Below are positions 1-13,081 of a stretch of DNA of 64,000 nucleotides, piece by piece. Made by a program: the position numbers and the translations under genes. The stretch is taken from assembly GCA_964016885.1 (NCBI GenBank), contig OZ024766.1, positions 14,198,001 to 14,262,000 of the forward strand, given 5' to 3'. The stretch's first letter is position 1, and each line of letters begins with the position of its first letter. The notes beneath the pieces are model-generated. The model saw only the letters and a program-made list of their open reading frames with translations. It ran no database searches and was not told the origin of the DNA. Source of the DNA: Eledone cirrhosa (taxonomy: Eukaryota).

Positions 1-2965
1 TGTTGTTGGTGGTGGTGTGGTGGTGGTGGTGTTGGAGGTGGTGTTGTTGGTGATGGTGGTGATGGTGGTGGTGGTGGTGTTGTTGGTGGTGGTGGTGTGG
101 TGGTGGTGATGGTGGTGGTGGTGGTGGTGGCGGTGGTGGTGATGGTGGTGGTGGTGTTGGTGGTGGTGTTGTTGGTGGTGTGGTGGTGGTGGTGTTGGCG
201 GTTGTGGTGGTGGTGGCGGTGGTGTGGTGGTGGTGGTGATGGTGGTGGTGGTGTTGGTGGTGGTGTAGTGGTGTTGGCGGTGGTGGTGGTGATGGTGGTG
301 GTGGTGTTTGGTGGTGGTGGTTGTGGTGGTGGTGGTGTTGTTGTTGGTGGTGGTGGTGTGGTGGTGTTGGCGGTGGTGTGGTGGTGGTGGTGTTGGTGGT
401 GGTGTTGTTGGTGACGGTGGTGGTGGTGGTGGTGGTGGTGGTGGCGGTGGTGGTGGTGATGGTGGTGGTGGTGTGTTGGTGGTGGTGGTGGTGGTGGTGG
501 TGGTGTGGTGGTGGTGGTGGTGGTGGCGGTGGTGGTGATGGTGGTGGTGGTGTTGGTGGTGGTGGTGTTGGTGGTGGTGTTGTGGTGGTGGTGTTGGCGG
601 TGGTAGTGGTGGTGGCGGTGGTGGTGGTGGTGGTGGTGGTGGTGATGGTGGTGGTCGTGGTGGTGTTGTGGTGGTGGTGGTGGTGGTGGCGTTGGTGGTG
701 GTGATGGTGGTGGTGGTGTTGGTGGTGGTGTGGTGGTGGTGGTGGTGGTGGTGGTGATGGTGGTGGTGCTGTTGGTGGTGGTGGTGGTGATGGTGGTGGT
801 GGTGGTGGTGGTGATGGTGGTGGTGTTGGTGGTGGTGATGTTGGTGGTGATGGTGTTGGTGGTGGTGTTGGTGGTGGTGGTGTGGTGGTGGTGGTGGTGT
901 TGGCGGTAGTGGTGTTGATGTTGGTGGTGATGGTGGTGGTGATGGTGATGGTGGTGTTGGTGTTGGTGGTGGTGGTGGTGGTGGTGGTGTTGGCGGTGGT
1001 GGTGGTGATGGCAGTGGTGATGTTGGTGGTGGTGGTGGTGGTGGTGGTGGTAGTGGTGGTGGTGGTGATGGTGGTGGTGTGGTGGTGATGGTGGTAGTGT
1101 TGGTGGTGTAGGTGGTGTGTTAGTGGTGTGGTGGTGTAGTGGTGGTGTTGGTGGTGGTGGTGGTTGTGTTGGTGGTGTGGTGGTGGTGTGGTGGTGGTGT
1201 TGGTGGTGTTGTTGGTGGTGTTGGTGGTGTAGTGGTGGTGTTGGTGGTGGTGGTGTAGTGGTGTAGTGGTGGTGTTGGTGGTGGTGGTGGTGTAGTGGTG
1301 GTGTTGGTGGTGTGGTGGTGGTGTGGTGGGGTGGTGGTGTAGTGGTGGTGGTGGTGGTGTAGTGGTGGTGTTGGTGGTGGTGTGTTGGTGGTGGTGGTGG
1401 TGTAGTGGTGGTGTTGGTGGTGGTGGTGGTTGTGTGGTGGTGGTGTTGGTGGTGGTGGTGTTGTTGTTGGTGGTGGTGGTGTGGTGGTGGTGGTGTAGTG
1501 GTGGTGGTGTAGTGGTGGTGTTGGTGGTGGTGGTGTGGTGGTTTAGTGGTTGTGATGGTGGTGTGCTGGTGGTGGTGTAGTGGTGGTGGTGTTGGTGGTG
1601 GTGGTGGTGGTGTGGTGGTGGTGGTGTTGGTGGTGGTGGTGTAGTGGTGGTGGTGTGGTGGTGGTGTGGTGGGGTGGTGGTATGGTGGGGTGGTGGTGGT
1701 GGTGTAGTGGTGGTGTTGGTGGTGTGGTGGTGGTGGTGTGGTGGTGTAGTGGTTGTGGTGTAGTGGTGGTGATGGTTGCGGTGGTTGTGGTGTTGGTGGT
1801 GGTGTGGTGGTGTTGGCGGTGGTGGTGGTGGTGATGGTGGTGTTGGCGGTGGTGATGTTGGTGGTGGTGGTGGTGGTGTTGTTGGTGATGGTGGTGGTGG
1901 TGGTGTTGGTGGTGGTGTTGTTGGTGATGGTGGTGGTGGTGTTGGTGGTAGTGGTGGTGTTGGTGGTGGTGGTGGTGGTGTTGTTGGTGGTGTTGGTGGT
2001 GTGGTGGTGGTGGTGTAGTGGTGGTGTTGGTGGTGTGGTGGTGGTGTGGTGGTGTAGTGGTGTAGTGGTGGTGTTGGTGGTTGTGTTGGTGGTGGTGGTG
2101 GTGGTGTTGGTTGTGTGGTGGTGGTGGTGGTGGTGTAGTGGTGGTGTTGGTGGTGTGGTGGTGGTGTGGTGGTGTAGTGGTGGTAATGGTGGCGGTGGTT
2201 GTGGTGTTGGTGGTGTGGTGGTGGTGGTGATGGTGGTGGTGGTGGTGGTGGTGGTGATGGTGGTGGTGGTGTAGTGGTGGTGTTGGCGGTGGTGGTGATG
2301 GTGGTGATGGTGGTGGTGGTGGTGTTGGTGGTGTTGGTGGTGGTGGTGTGGTGGTGTAGTGGTGGTAATGGTGGCGGTGGTTGTGGTGTTGGTGGTGTGG
2401 TGGTGGTGGTGATGGTGGTGATGGTGGTGGTGGTGGTGGTGGTGGTGATGGTGGTGGTGGTGTTTGGCGGTGGTGATGTTGGTGGTGGCGGTGGTGATGT
2501 TGGTGATGGTGGTGGTGGTGGTGTGGTGATGGTGGCGGTGTTGGTGGTGGTGATGGTGGTGATGGTGGTGGTGGTGTTTTGTGGTGGTGGTGGTGGTGTG
2601 GTGGTGGTGGTATAGTGGTGGTGGTGTAGTGGTGTTATTGGTGGTGGTGGTGGTGGTGTGGTGTTGGTGGTGTGGTGTTGGTGTGGTGGTGGTGGTGTAG
2701 TGGTGTTATTGGTGGTGGTGGTGGTGGTGTGGTGTTGGTGGTGTGGTGGTGGTGTGGTGGTGGTGTTGGTGGTGTGGTGGTGGTGGTGTGGTGGTGTAGT
2801 GGTGGCGGTGGTTGTGTTGTTGGCGGTGGTGGTGTGGTGGTGTTGGTGGTGGTGGTGGTGGCGGTGGTGGTGTGGTGGTGTGGTGGTGTAGTGGTGGTGT
2901 TGGTGGTGGTGGCGGTGGTGTGGTGGTGTAGTGGTGTAGTGGTGGTGTTGGTGGGGGTGGTGGTA
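1..2965. repeat. Degenerate (GGT)n / GGTGT low-complexity microsatellite
   Basis: Almost pure GGT triplets with GAT/GTT/GGC variants; poly-V/G/W ORFs are artefacts. Confidence 0.97.
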
Positions 2966-3280
2966 AGTTACGTCCATGCTTTAAAAGTTAATTATATATA
3001 CATGCTCATATATACATAAATATTTCCACATACATATACGTGTTTATACATACATGCACACACATATAAACACACGTGTATGTGTGTGTATATATATATA
3101 TATACGTATATGTGTGTGTCTATTGATTAGACAGGTTCTATCTGACCAATGCCCTAATCAATAATTAATCAGCTAATTAGCTAATCACTATTGTCATACA
3201 TGCAAGATACATTTCAAACACACACACATGCATATATATATATATTTATATACATATATATATGTGGGTATGTGTGTGTT

Positions 3281-6200
3281 TCATCATCATCATCATCTTC
3301 ATTTTACGTCCGCTTTTTCCCTGCTTGCAAGGGTGGGACAGGGAACTGATTCTGGCTTGATTTCTACAGCTGGATGCCCTTCCTAACACCAACCTCATTT
3401 ACAGTGAGTGCTGGGTGCTTTTTTTGCTGTGGCACCTCCACGACCACTTTACAGTGAGTGCTGGGTGTTTTTTTTGCTGTGGCACCTCCACGACCACTTT
3501 ACAGTGAGTGCTGGGTGCTTTTTTTGCTGTGGCACCTCCACGACCACTTTACAGTGAGTGCTGGGTGCTTTTTTTGCTGTGGCACCTCCACGACCACTTT
3601 ACAGGGAGTGCTGGGTGCTTTTTTGCTGTGGCACCTCCACGACCACTTTACAGTGTGGGCTGGGTGCTTTTTTTGCTGTGGCACCTCCACGACCACTTTA
3701 CAGTGTGGGCTGAGTGCTTTTTTGCTGTGGCACCTCCACGACCACTTTACAGTGAGTGCTGGGTGCTTTTTTGCCGTGGCACCTCCACGACCACTTTACA
3801 GTGAGTGCTGGGTGCTTTTTTGCCGTGGTACCTCCACGACCACTTTACAGTGTGGGCTGAGTGCTTTTTTGCCGTGGGATCTCCACTTCCACTTTACAGT
3901 GAGTGCTGGGTGCTTTTTTGCCGTGGTACCTCCACGACCACTTTACAGTGTGGGCTGAGTGCTTTTTTGCTGTGGCACCTCCACGACCACTTTACAGTGA
4001 GTGCTGGGTGCTTTTTTGCCGTGGTACCTCCACGACCACTTTACAGTGTGGGCTGGGTGCTTTTTTGCTGTGGCACCTCCACGACCACTTTAAAGTGTGG
4101 GATGGGTGTGTTTTTGCCGTGGCACCTCCACGACCACTTTACAGTGTGGGATGGGTGTGTTATTGCTGTGGCACCTCCACAACAACTTTACAGTGTGGGC
4201 TGGGTGTTTTTTTGCTGTGGCACCTCCACGACCACTTTACAGTGAGTGCTGGGTGCTATTTTGCTGTGGCACGTCCACGACCACTTTACAGTGTGGGGTG
4301 GGTGCTTTTTGCCGTGGGATCCCCACTTCCACTTTACAGTGAGTGCTGCGTGCTTTTTTGCTGTGGGACTCCACAACCACTTTACAGTGAGTGCTGGGTG
4401 CTTTATTGCTGTAGCACCTCCACGACCACTTTACAGTGAGTGCTGGGTGCTTTTTTGCTGTGGCACCTCCACAACCACTTTACAGTGAGTGCTGGGTGCT
4501 TTTTTGCCGTGGCACCTCCACGACCACTTTACAGTGTGGGCTGAGTGCTTTTTTGCTGTGGCACCTCCACGACCACTTTACAGTGAGTGCTGGGTGCTTT
4601 TTTGTCAAGGCACCTCCACGTCCTCTTTACAGTGAGTGCTGGTTGCTTTTTTGCCGTGACACCTCCACGACAACTTTACAGTGAGTGCTGGATGCTTTTT
4701 TGCCGTGGCACCTCCACGACCACTTTACAGTGAGTGCTGGGTGCTTTTTTGCCGTGGCACCTCCACGACCACTTTAAAGTGTGGGATGGGTGTGTTTTTG
4801 CTGTGGCACCTCCACGACCACTTTACAGTGAGTGCTGGGTGCTTTCTTGCTGTGGCACCTCCACGACCACTTTACAGTGTGGGATGGGTGTCTTTTTGCT
4901 GTGGCACCTCCACGACCACTTTACAGTGAGTGCTGGGTGCTTTCTTGCTGTGGCACCTCCACGACCACTTTACAGTGTGGGATGGGTGTGTTTTTGCCGT
5001 GGCACCTCCACGACCACTTTACAGTGAGTGCTGGGTCCTTTTTTGCTGTGGCACCTCCACGACCACTTTACAGTGAGTGCTGGGTGCTTTTTTGCCGTGG
5101 CACCTCCACGACCACTTTACAGTGAGTGCTGGGTGCTTTCTTGCTGTGGCACCTCCACGACCACTTTACAGTGTGGGATGGGTGTGTTATTGCTGTGGCA
5201 CCTCCACAACAACTTTACAGTGAGTGCTGGGTGTTTTTTTGCTGTGGCACCTCCACGACCACTTTACAGTGAGTGCTGGGTGCTATTTTGCTGTGGCACC
5301 TCCACGACCACTTTACAGTGTGGGGTGGGTGCTTTTTGCCGTGGGACCTCCACTTCCACTTTACAGTGAGTGCTGCGTGCTTTTTTGCTGTGGGACCTCC
5401 ACAACCACTTTACAGTGAGTGCTGGGTGCTTTTTTGCTGTGGGACCTCCACAACCACTTTACAGTGAGTGCTGCGTGCTTTTTTGCTGTAGCACCTCCAC
5501 GACCACTTTACAGTGAGTGCTGGGTGCTTTTTTGCTGTGGCACCTCCACAACCACTTTACAGTGAGTGCTGGGTGCTTTTTTGCCGTGGCACCTCCACGA
5601 CCACTTTACAGTGTGGGCTGAGTGCTTTTTTGCTGTGGCACCTCCACGACCACTTTACAGTGAGTGCTGGGTGCTTTTTTGTCGAGACACCTCCACGTCT
5701 TCTTTACAGTGAGTGCTGTGTGCTTTTTTCCTGTGGCACCTCCACGACCACTTTATAGTGTAGGCTGGGATCTTTTTTCCCATGGCCCCTCCACGACCAC
5801 TTTACAGTGAGTGCTGGGTGCTTTTTTGCCGTGTCACCTCCACGACCACTTTACAGTGAGTGTTGGGTGATTTTCTGCTGTGGCACCTCCACAACCACTT
5901 TACAGTGAGTGCTGGGTGCTTTTTTGCCATGGCCCCTCCACGACCACTTTACAGTGAGTTCTGGGTGCTTTTTTGCTGTGGCACCTACACGACCACTTTA
6001 CAGTGAGTGCTGGGTGCTTTTTTGCTGTGGCACCTCCACGACCACTTTACAGTGAGTGCTGGGTGCTTTTTTGTCGTGGCACCTCCACGACCGCTTTACA
6101 GTGAGTGCTGGGTGCTTTTTTGCCATTGCACCTCCACGACCACTTTACAGTGAGTGCTGGGTGCTTTTTTGCCGTGGCACCTCCACGACCACTTTACAGT

Positions 6201-8039
6201 GTGGGATGGGTGCTTTTTTACCGTGGCACCTCCACGACCACTTTACAGTGAGTGCTGGGTGCTCTTTTGCCGTGGCACCTCCACGACCACTTTACAGTGA
6301 GTGCCTGGCTGCTTTTTGCCGTGGCAACCACCACGACCACTTTAAAGTGAGTGCTGGGTGCTTTTTTGCCGTGGCACCTCCACGACCACTTTACAGTGAG
6401 TGCTGGGTGCTTTTTTGCCGTGGCACCTCCACGACCACTTTACACTGAGTGCTGGGTGCTTTCTTGCTGTGGCACCTCCCACGACCACTTTACAGTGTGG
6501 GCTGGGTGCTTTTTGCTGTGGCACCTCCACGACCACTTTAAAGTGTGGGATGGGTGTGTTTTTGCCGTGGCACCTCCACGACCACTTTACAGTGTGGGAT
6601 GGGTGTGTTATTGCTGTGACACCTCCACAACAACTTTACAGTGTGGGCTGGGTGTTTTTTTGCTGTGGCACCTCCACGACCACTTTACAGTGAGTGCTGG
6701 GTGCTATTTTGCTGTGGCCCCTCCACGACCACTTTACAATGAGTGCTGGGTGCTTTTTTGCCGTGTCACCTCCACGACCACTTTACAGTGAGTGTTGGGT
6801 GATTTTCTGCTGTGGCACCTCCACAACCACTTTACAGTTAGTGCTGGGTGCTTTTTTGCCATGTCCCCTCCACGACCACTTTATAGTGAGTGCTGGGTGC
6901 TTTTTTTCCGTGGCACCTCCACGACCACTTTACAGTGAGTGCTGGGTGTGTTTTTGCCGTGGCACCTCCACGACCACTTTACAGTTAGTGCTGGGTGCTT
7001 CTCTGCCGTGGCACCTCCATGACCACTTTACAGTGAATGCTGGGTGTTTTTTTGCTGTGGCACCTCCACGACCACTTTACAGTGAGTGCTGGGTGCTTTT
7101 TTGCCGTGGCACCTCCACGACCACTCTACAGTGAGTGCTGGGTGCTTTTTTGCCGTGGCACCTCCACGACCACCTTACAGTGAGTGCTGGGTGCTTTTTT
7201 GCCGTGGCACCTCCACGACCACTTTACAGTGAGTGCTGGGTGCTTTCTTGCTGTGGCACCTCCACGACCACTTTACAGTGTGGGATGGGTGTGTTATTGC
7301 TGTGGCACCTCCACAACAACTTTACAGTGTGGGCTGGGTGTTTTTTTGCTGTGGCACCTCCACGACCACTTTACAGTGAGTGCTGGGTGCTATTTTGCTG
7401 TGGCACCTCCACGACCACTTTACAGTGTGGGGTGGGTGCTTTTTGCCGTGGGACCTCCACTTCCACTTTACAGTGAGTGCTGCGTGCTTTTTTGCTGTGG
7501 GACCTCCACGACCACTTTACAGCGAGTGCTGGTCGCTTTTTTGCTGTAGCACCACCACGACCACTTTACAGTGAGTGCTGGGTGTTTTTTTGCTGTGGCA
7601 CCTCCACAACCACTTTACAGTGAGTGCTGGGTGCTTTTTTGCCGTGGCACCTCCACGACCACTTTACAGTGAGTGCTGGGTGCTTTTTTGCTGTGGCACC
7701 TCCACGACCACTTTACAGTGAGTGCTGGGTGGTTTTTTGCTGTGGCACCTCCACGTCCACTTTACAGTGTAGGCTGGGTACTTTTTTCCCGTGGCCCCTC
7801 CACGACCACTTTACAGTGAGTGCTGGGTGCTTTTTTGCCGTGGCACCTCCACGACCACTTTACAGTGGAATGATAGGGACCCCAGTCCCTATCATCTCAT
7901 TTCTACAGCTGAGTAAACTGGAGCAATGTGAAATAAAGTGTCTTGCTCAAGGAAACAACACATCACCCGGTCTGAGAATTGAACTCACAACCTTTCTGTT
8001 GCAAGGCCAATGCTCTAACCACTGAGCCATGTGCCTCCA
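3281..8039 (-). mobile_element. tRNA-derived SINE (family A here) with RTE-LINE-type 3' tail, inflated by an internal 49-bp minisatellite
   Basis: Minus strand starts tggaggcacatggctcagtggttagagc (A box)...gtgagttcaattctc (B box), then a CORE-like ccttgagcaagacactttatttcac segment, and ends ctgtcccacccttgcaagcagggaaaaagcggacgtaaaatgaagatgatgat. The same tail ends the RTE ORF at 36741-36797. Same element at 9212-9553 and 51481-52454. Confidence 0.9.
3397..7868. repeat. 49-bp minisatellite (~90 copies) inside SINE A
   Basis: Unit tttacagtgagtgctgggtgcttttttgctgtggcacctccacgaccac, repeated in tandem. Confidence 0.97.
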
Positions 8040-8097
8040 TATATATATATAAAGATACAACGGCGATTTGGTAAGCCGTCATTACGTTTATTGATTT

Positions 8098-8180
8098 GTG
8101 ACACGCGTTTCGCTATTGATCAGCTCATGGTTCGATCTGTATTGATCTGGTCCGACTCTGGAATTAAAAGCTCATCGGAC
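8098..8180 (-). ncRNA. Hammerhead-ribozyme-like motif (variant core) in a short element between (TA)n tracts
   Basis: Minus strand reads gt-CCGATGA-gct...agc-GAAA-cgcgtg-TC-ac, followed by aataaa. The core is CCGAUGA rather than CUGAUGA and stem I is weak. Confidence 0.4.
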
Positions 8181-8225
8181 TTCTGGTGTTGTAATGGACC
8201 TACAGAAACTTCACGTTACACTCCC

Positions 8226-8228
<3 letters not shown>

Positions 8229-8286
<58 letters not shown>

Positions 8287-8435
8287 GTATATGTATGTAT
8301 GTATATAGGTATGTATATATATATATATAGGTATGTATATATATATATATATGTATGTATGTGTATATGTATGTATGTATAAATATATATAGGTATGTAT
8401 ATATATATATAGGTATGTATATATATATATATAGG

Positions 8436-8491
<56 letters not shown>

Positions 8492-8513
8492 TATGTATAT
8501 ATATATATATAGG

Positions 8514-8570
<57 letters not shown>
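8229..8570. repeat. (TA)n/(TATG)n microsatellite
   Basis: Direct reading of the sequence. Confidence 0.95.
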
Positions 8571-8572
<2 letters not shown>

Positions 8573-9156
8573 TTAAAATATATGATAAACACGAAATGTG
8601 TTTATATTGCAACAGACAAAGTCAGCTATTAATGAAATAAACTAATTAAAGTGAATACAATTTGTCTGTCTCGATATAAGTCAATAAAGACAAGCTTATA
8701 TTGGCAACAGCCATGATTCCTGGACAGATTTAAATTTCAAAATTCAAACCTGTTCCGTAGACGAATTTGAACCTCGAAACCTAAATAAATGTCGCAACGG
8801 TGGAATGTGAATTGAAAAATAAAGAGAATCGAAATGGAATGGAAATAAAAGAGTGAAATATCCAAATCTTCTGTGCTTATCAACAGGAATCCAGTAAAAT
8901 TAGTACATCTCACATCAAAAATTTTGCAGGTCTGACTACACGTGTGTAGGCAGGCCAAAACGAGCCGTCCCGCATTCACGGTGCTAGAAATAACAGCCGC
9001 TTATGCAGGATTAAGGATCAGCTCTACAATAAAGGAGCCATACATTATATTATATTTTGAGAATAAACTCTCAGTCGTTTACAATAATTAAGCTCCAGGA
9101 AAAGGGGCTCTTCCGAGCAGTTAAATACATTTAAAATATATGATAAACGTATATAT

Positions 9157-9209
<53 letters not shown>

Positions 9210-9211
9210 TT

Positions 9212-9549
9212 CATTTTCATTTTTTTCATTTTACGTCCGCTTTTACCCTGCTTGCAAGAGTGGGACAGGAACTGATTCTGGCTTGATTTCTACAGCTGGA
9301 TGCCCTTCCTAACACCAACCTCATTTACAGTGTGGGCTGGGTGCTTTTTTGCCATGGCACCTCCACGTCCACTTTACAGTGGAATGATAGGGACCCCAGT
9401 CCCTCTCATCTCATTTCTACAGCTGAGTAAACTGGAGCAATGTGAAATAAAGTGTCTTGCTCAAGGAAACAACACATCACCCGGTCTGAGAATTGAACTC
9501 ACAACCTTTCGATTGCAAGGCCAATGCTCTAACCACTAAGCCATGTGCC

Positions 9550-9553
<4 letters not shown>
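9212..9553 (-). mobile_element. SINE A, unexpanded copy (single 49-bp unit)
   Basis: Near-identical head and tail to 3281-8039, but only one acagtgtgggctgggtgc...ccactttacagt unit; inserted in (TA)n. Confidence 0.92.
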
Positions 9554-9588
<35 letters not shown>

Positions 9589-9719
9589 GATAAATCTACC
9601 AAGAGTTTACGGTAGTGTCCAATCCGTATGAAGAACTCAATGTATTCCGGATATCATGGAAAGAAGAGATGTAATGAAAATCCAATTTCGGTGAAAGATA
9701 AACGGTATACAGAGTCAAG

Positions 9720-10695
9720 ATAAAATATTAAACAAATAATGAACAAACAATTCCTTACATTAAACAAAAAAAGTTCACTATTTAACGATCGTTTCTAGGG
9801 TATATATGTGTTATAATTGGTATGCATATTTAACAGATCTATGTACAAAATTATACAAAATTATACAAATTATCAAGATTAAATATACATACCTAACTCA
9901 TATATACGCCGTCTTCAGAAATAATGAAGTATATTTATTGATAATAACAACAATTCAAAATATCAGTTCAAAATTGACCAATGAAAACACAAAGGGTTAA
10001 AAAGCAGTTTGGTGTGTGTATATACATGTAAAACCCTACACACATTTTACAATAATGTGTGTATAATCTGTATGTGCATACTAAAAAGATGGATGCAAAT
10101 AAAAAATTTCAAGGTTAATATCTCTGTAAGCTTAATGCGTTGATAAGATACGCAATGATACTTATGGAGTCAAGCATATAAATATATTTTTTTCATACTC
10201 ACACATATCAGTATATCCCACATACATGTGCGTATATATATAAATATACACATAACCACGAACACACAAACACACACACTCCCCCACTCACATTTATATA
10301 TGTGGATATAAAATCATAAGCAAACAGAAATTAAGTCACTCACATAAACACACTGGTACACACATTTCAAGATCAAGATACAGAAATTAGGTGGGAGGGG
10401 GGGGAGGGGTCAGTATTAGACTGTCAGACCAGACAACCTTAATATAAATGTATCTATAAATTATGAAAAATAAAAAAATAAAAACAATAAAATATATTAC
10501 ATATAATATAATGTACATACGCATACAGATATACATACACATACATACATGTACGCGCACATAGAGATATCTATACATACATACATACACACATACCTAT
10601 ACTGTCATACACACACATACATTTACACGAACATACACATACACATATAAAAAGATATAAATACGGACACACACGCACGCAACACATACATACAT

Positions 10696-10748
<53 letters not shown>

Positions 10749-10857
10749 TATACACACACACGTAGACTCATATATATATACATACACATACATACATTTA
10801 TACACAAACATATATATCCCACACTCATACCACCATAAAAACACATACAAACATCCA

Positions 10858-10912
<55 letters not shown>

Positions 10913-11127
10913 ACATACACACACGTACACACATATGTACATATACATACACATATACACACACACACATATATATATCCACACACAGACATAAAATACA
11001 GACATGCACACATATATATATATATATATATATATTTCATTACTCTTATATATACACACAGTATATATACATACACAACCTCACTTATACACATATACAC
11101 ATAAGTTATATTACAATAATAATAAAG

Positions 11128-11170
<43 letters not shown>

Positions 11171-11361
11171 TATACACACATATACACATATACATACACA
11201 CACATACACATACATACATACATACACATACATACATACACCTAAATATAAACATATATAAATACACACATACGAATAAAGACATATATTCACACATAGA
11301 CACCTATATACACATATATATATATAAATATCTATATACACACACATACACATACATACAC

Positions 11362-11392
<31 letters not shown>

Positions 11393-11436
11393 CACATATA
11401 CACACACGCACACACATACAGACACACATACACACT

Positions 11437-11473
<37 letters not shown>

Positions 11474-13081
11474 ATGTGAGTGTGCGCCAATACACATATA
11501 TACACATACATACACACATACAAACACACACAAACACATACATATGCATACGCACACACACACACACATATATCACATAGATACGAAGATAAACATATAA
11601 ATAGAGAGACATACAAATATATACAGAACCCATATACACATACATACAAATACGCATATACATATATATACATATATACACACATATATATTCCTATATA
11701 CAAGCATACACATACACACACATATATACATATACATACACACATACATATCACACATTCACATACACGTACATATATAATACATATATATACATATATA
11801 TACATATATATGTATGTACAATCATATATACACACTCAATCTTACATTCATATTTACATGCTCATATATGTATTTTTATATTTAGAAATAAATACCAAAA
11901 AAAACTATATAGACACCCATCTACACATATATTCATACATATACACTTACAAAAACAGATGATAATAGTATGGGGGAAAGGGGGGGTTTGGAGAAGGGGA
12001 TCAAAGTAAATATATGTTTCAAGAAACATATAATATTTTCCATATCTTAATTCAATGTATGTTCCTACATATTTTCAGTGCTAGGAAATACGAAATCTAT
12101 GCATCACAAAATAAAAAAGTATACTATTAATCATATGTCAACTAAACCAAAGATAGTCAACATATTGATTTCCAAGGTGTAAATTAGTTAGGTTTATAAT
12201 ATTTGAGGCAGAATTATGAAATCAAACAGTAGTAGATTATTAATTACATTATAACTAAATTAAAGTTAATAACGTTATGGTATCAATATTAGGAGATGAA
12301 TAGGGAAAAGAAACCCAAATAAAAATAAAAATAAAATAAAGTATTACATCGGTAGTAGCATATAAATTATATGTTAACTAAGTTAAAAATTATATATTTA
12401 TTTCAATAGTATATGTTAATTAGTATATGTTAATTAGGTATACAATACATAAAGCAGATATTGTATTTCATCAATAGCATAATATAATTATATGCAAATA
12501 AAAATCAAAATTAATACGCACACATATACATATACATACACATACACATACCTATACATATACATACACATATATATATATACATATATATACATATATA
12601 TACACATACATACATATATAGTCACATAAATATACATACATATACACATACAACACACACATATACGTATACATATAGATATACATATCTTTTTCAAAAA
12701 ATTTGCACAGAATATATTAACTAGGTATATATCCAAAAACACCTCCCATTCTATGATTACATGACATTCTGCAATTTGTCTGTACAATGATACTAATTTT
12801 AAGCAAATTAAAGTTAAAATTAAAGTTTTAGGTTGATTAAAGCTAAAACCAAATAATAAATATATTTCCAAAATGTATATTAATTAGGTCAATAATACTA
12901 AAAATTCTTTCTCCGTCATAGGATACATGATATTATTTTGTTATATTTTATCTGTAAAAGAATTATAATAAAAAAAAAAAAAAATTATAATAAAAGGTTA
13001 AACTAAATTAAAAAATTATAATAAAAGGTTAAAATAAGTTAAAATTAATCTATAAATTAAATTACTGAATATATATTAGTA
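9720..13081 (-). repeat. Left arm of the 3.4-kb inverted repeat (inverted copy of the PLE 3' region)
   Basis: Reverse complement of 14851-18228. The junction attactgaatatatattagta mirrors tactaatatatattcagtaat. Mirror-image ORFs in the track (e.g. 12488..12871- and 15062..15445+) are identical. Confidence 0.96.
9775..9927 (-). ncRNA. Type I hammerhead ribozyme motif (mirror copy of 18021-18173)
   Basis: Exact reverse complement of 18021-18173. Confidence 0.65.

Noticed and set aside
1-2965. GGT arrays as telomeric repeats or glycine/valine-rich genes
   Set aside because: They are not TTAGGG-type, are degenerate and internal (second array at 22804-23960); the ORFs are low-complexity artefacts.
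3397-7868. Tandem arrays as CRISPR loci
   Set aside because: No unique spacers, no cas genes, eukaryotic context; the same applies to every array in the window.
10387-12871. Y/I/C/V/M-rich ORFs in the inverted arms and TA/CA tracts
   Set aside because: Microsatellite translations with no coding signal.
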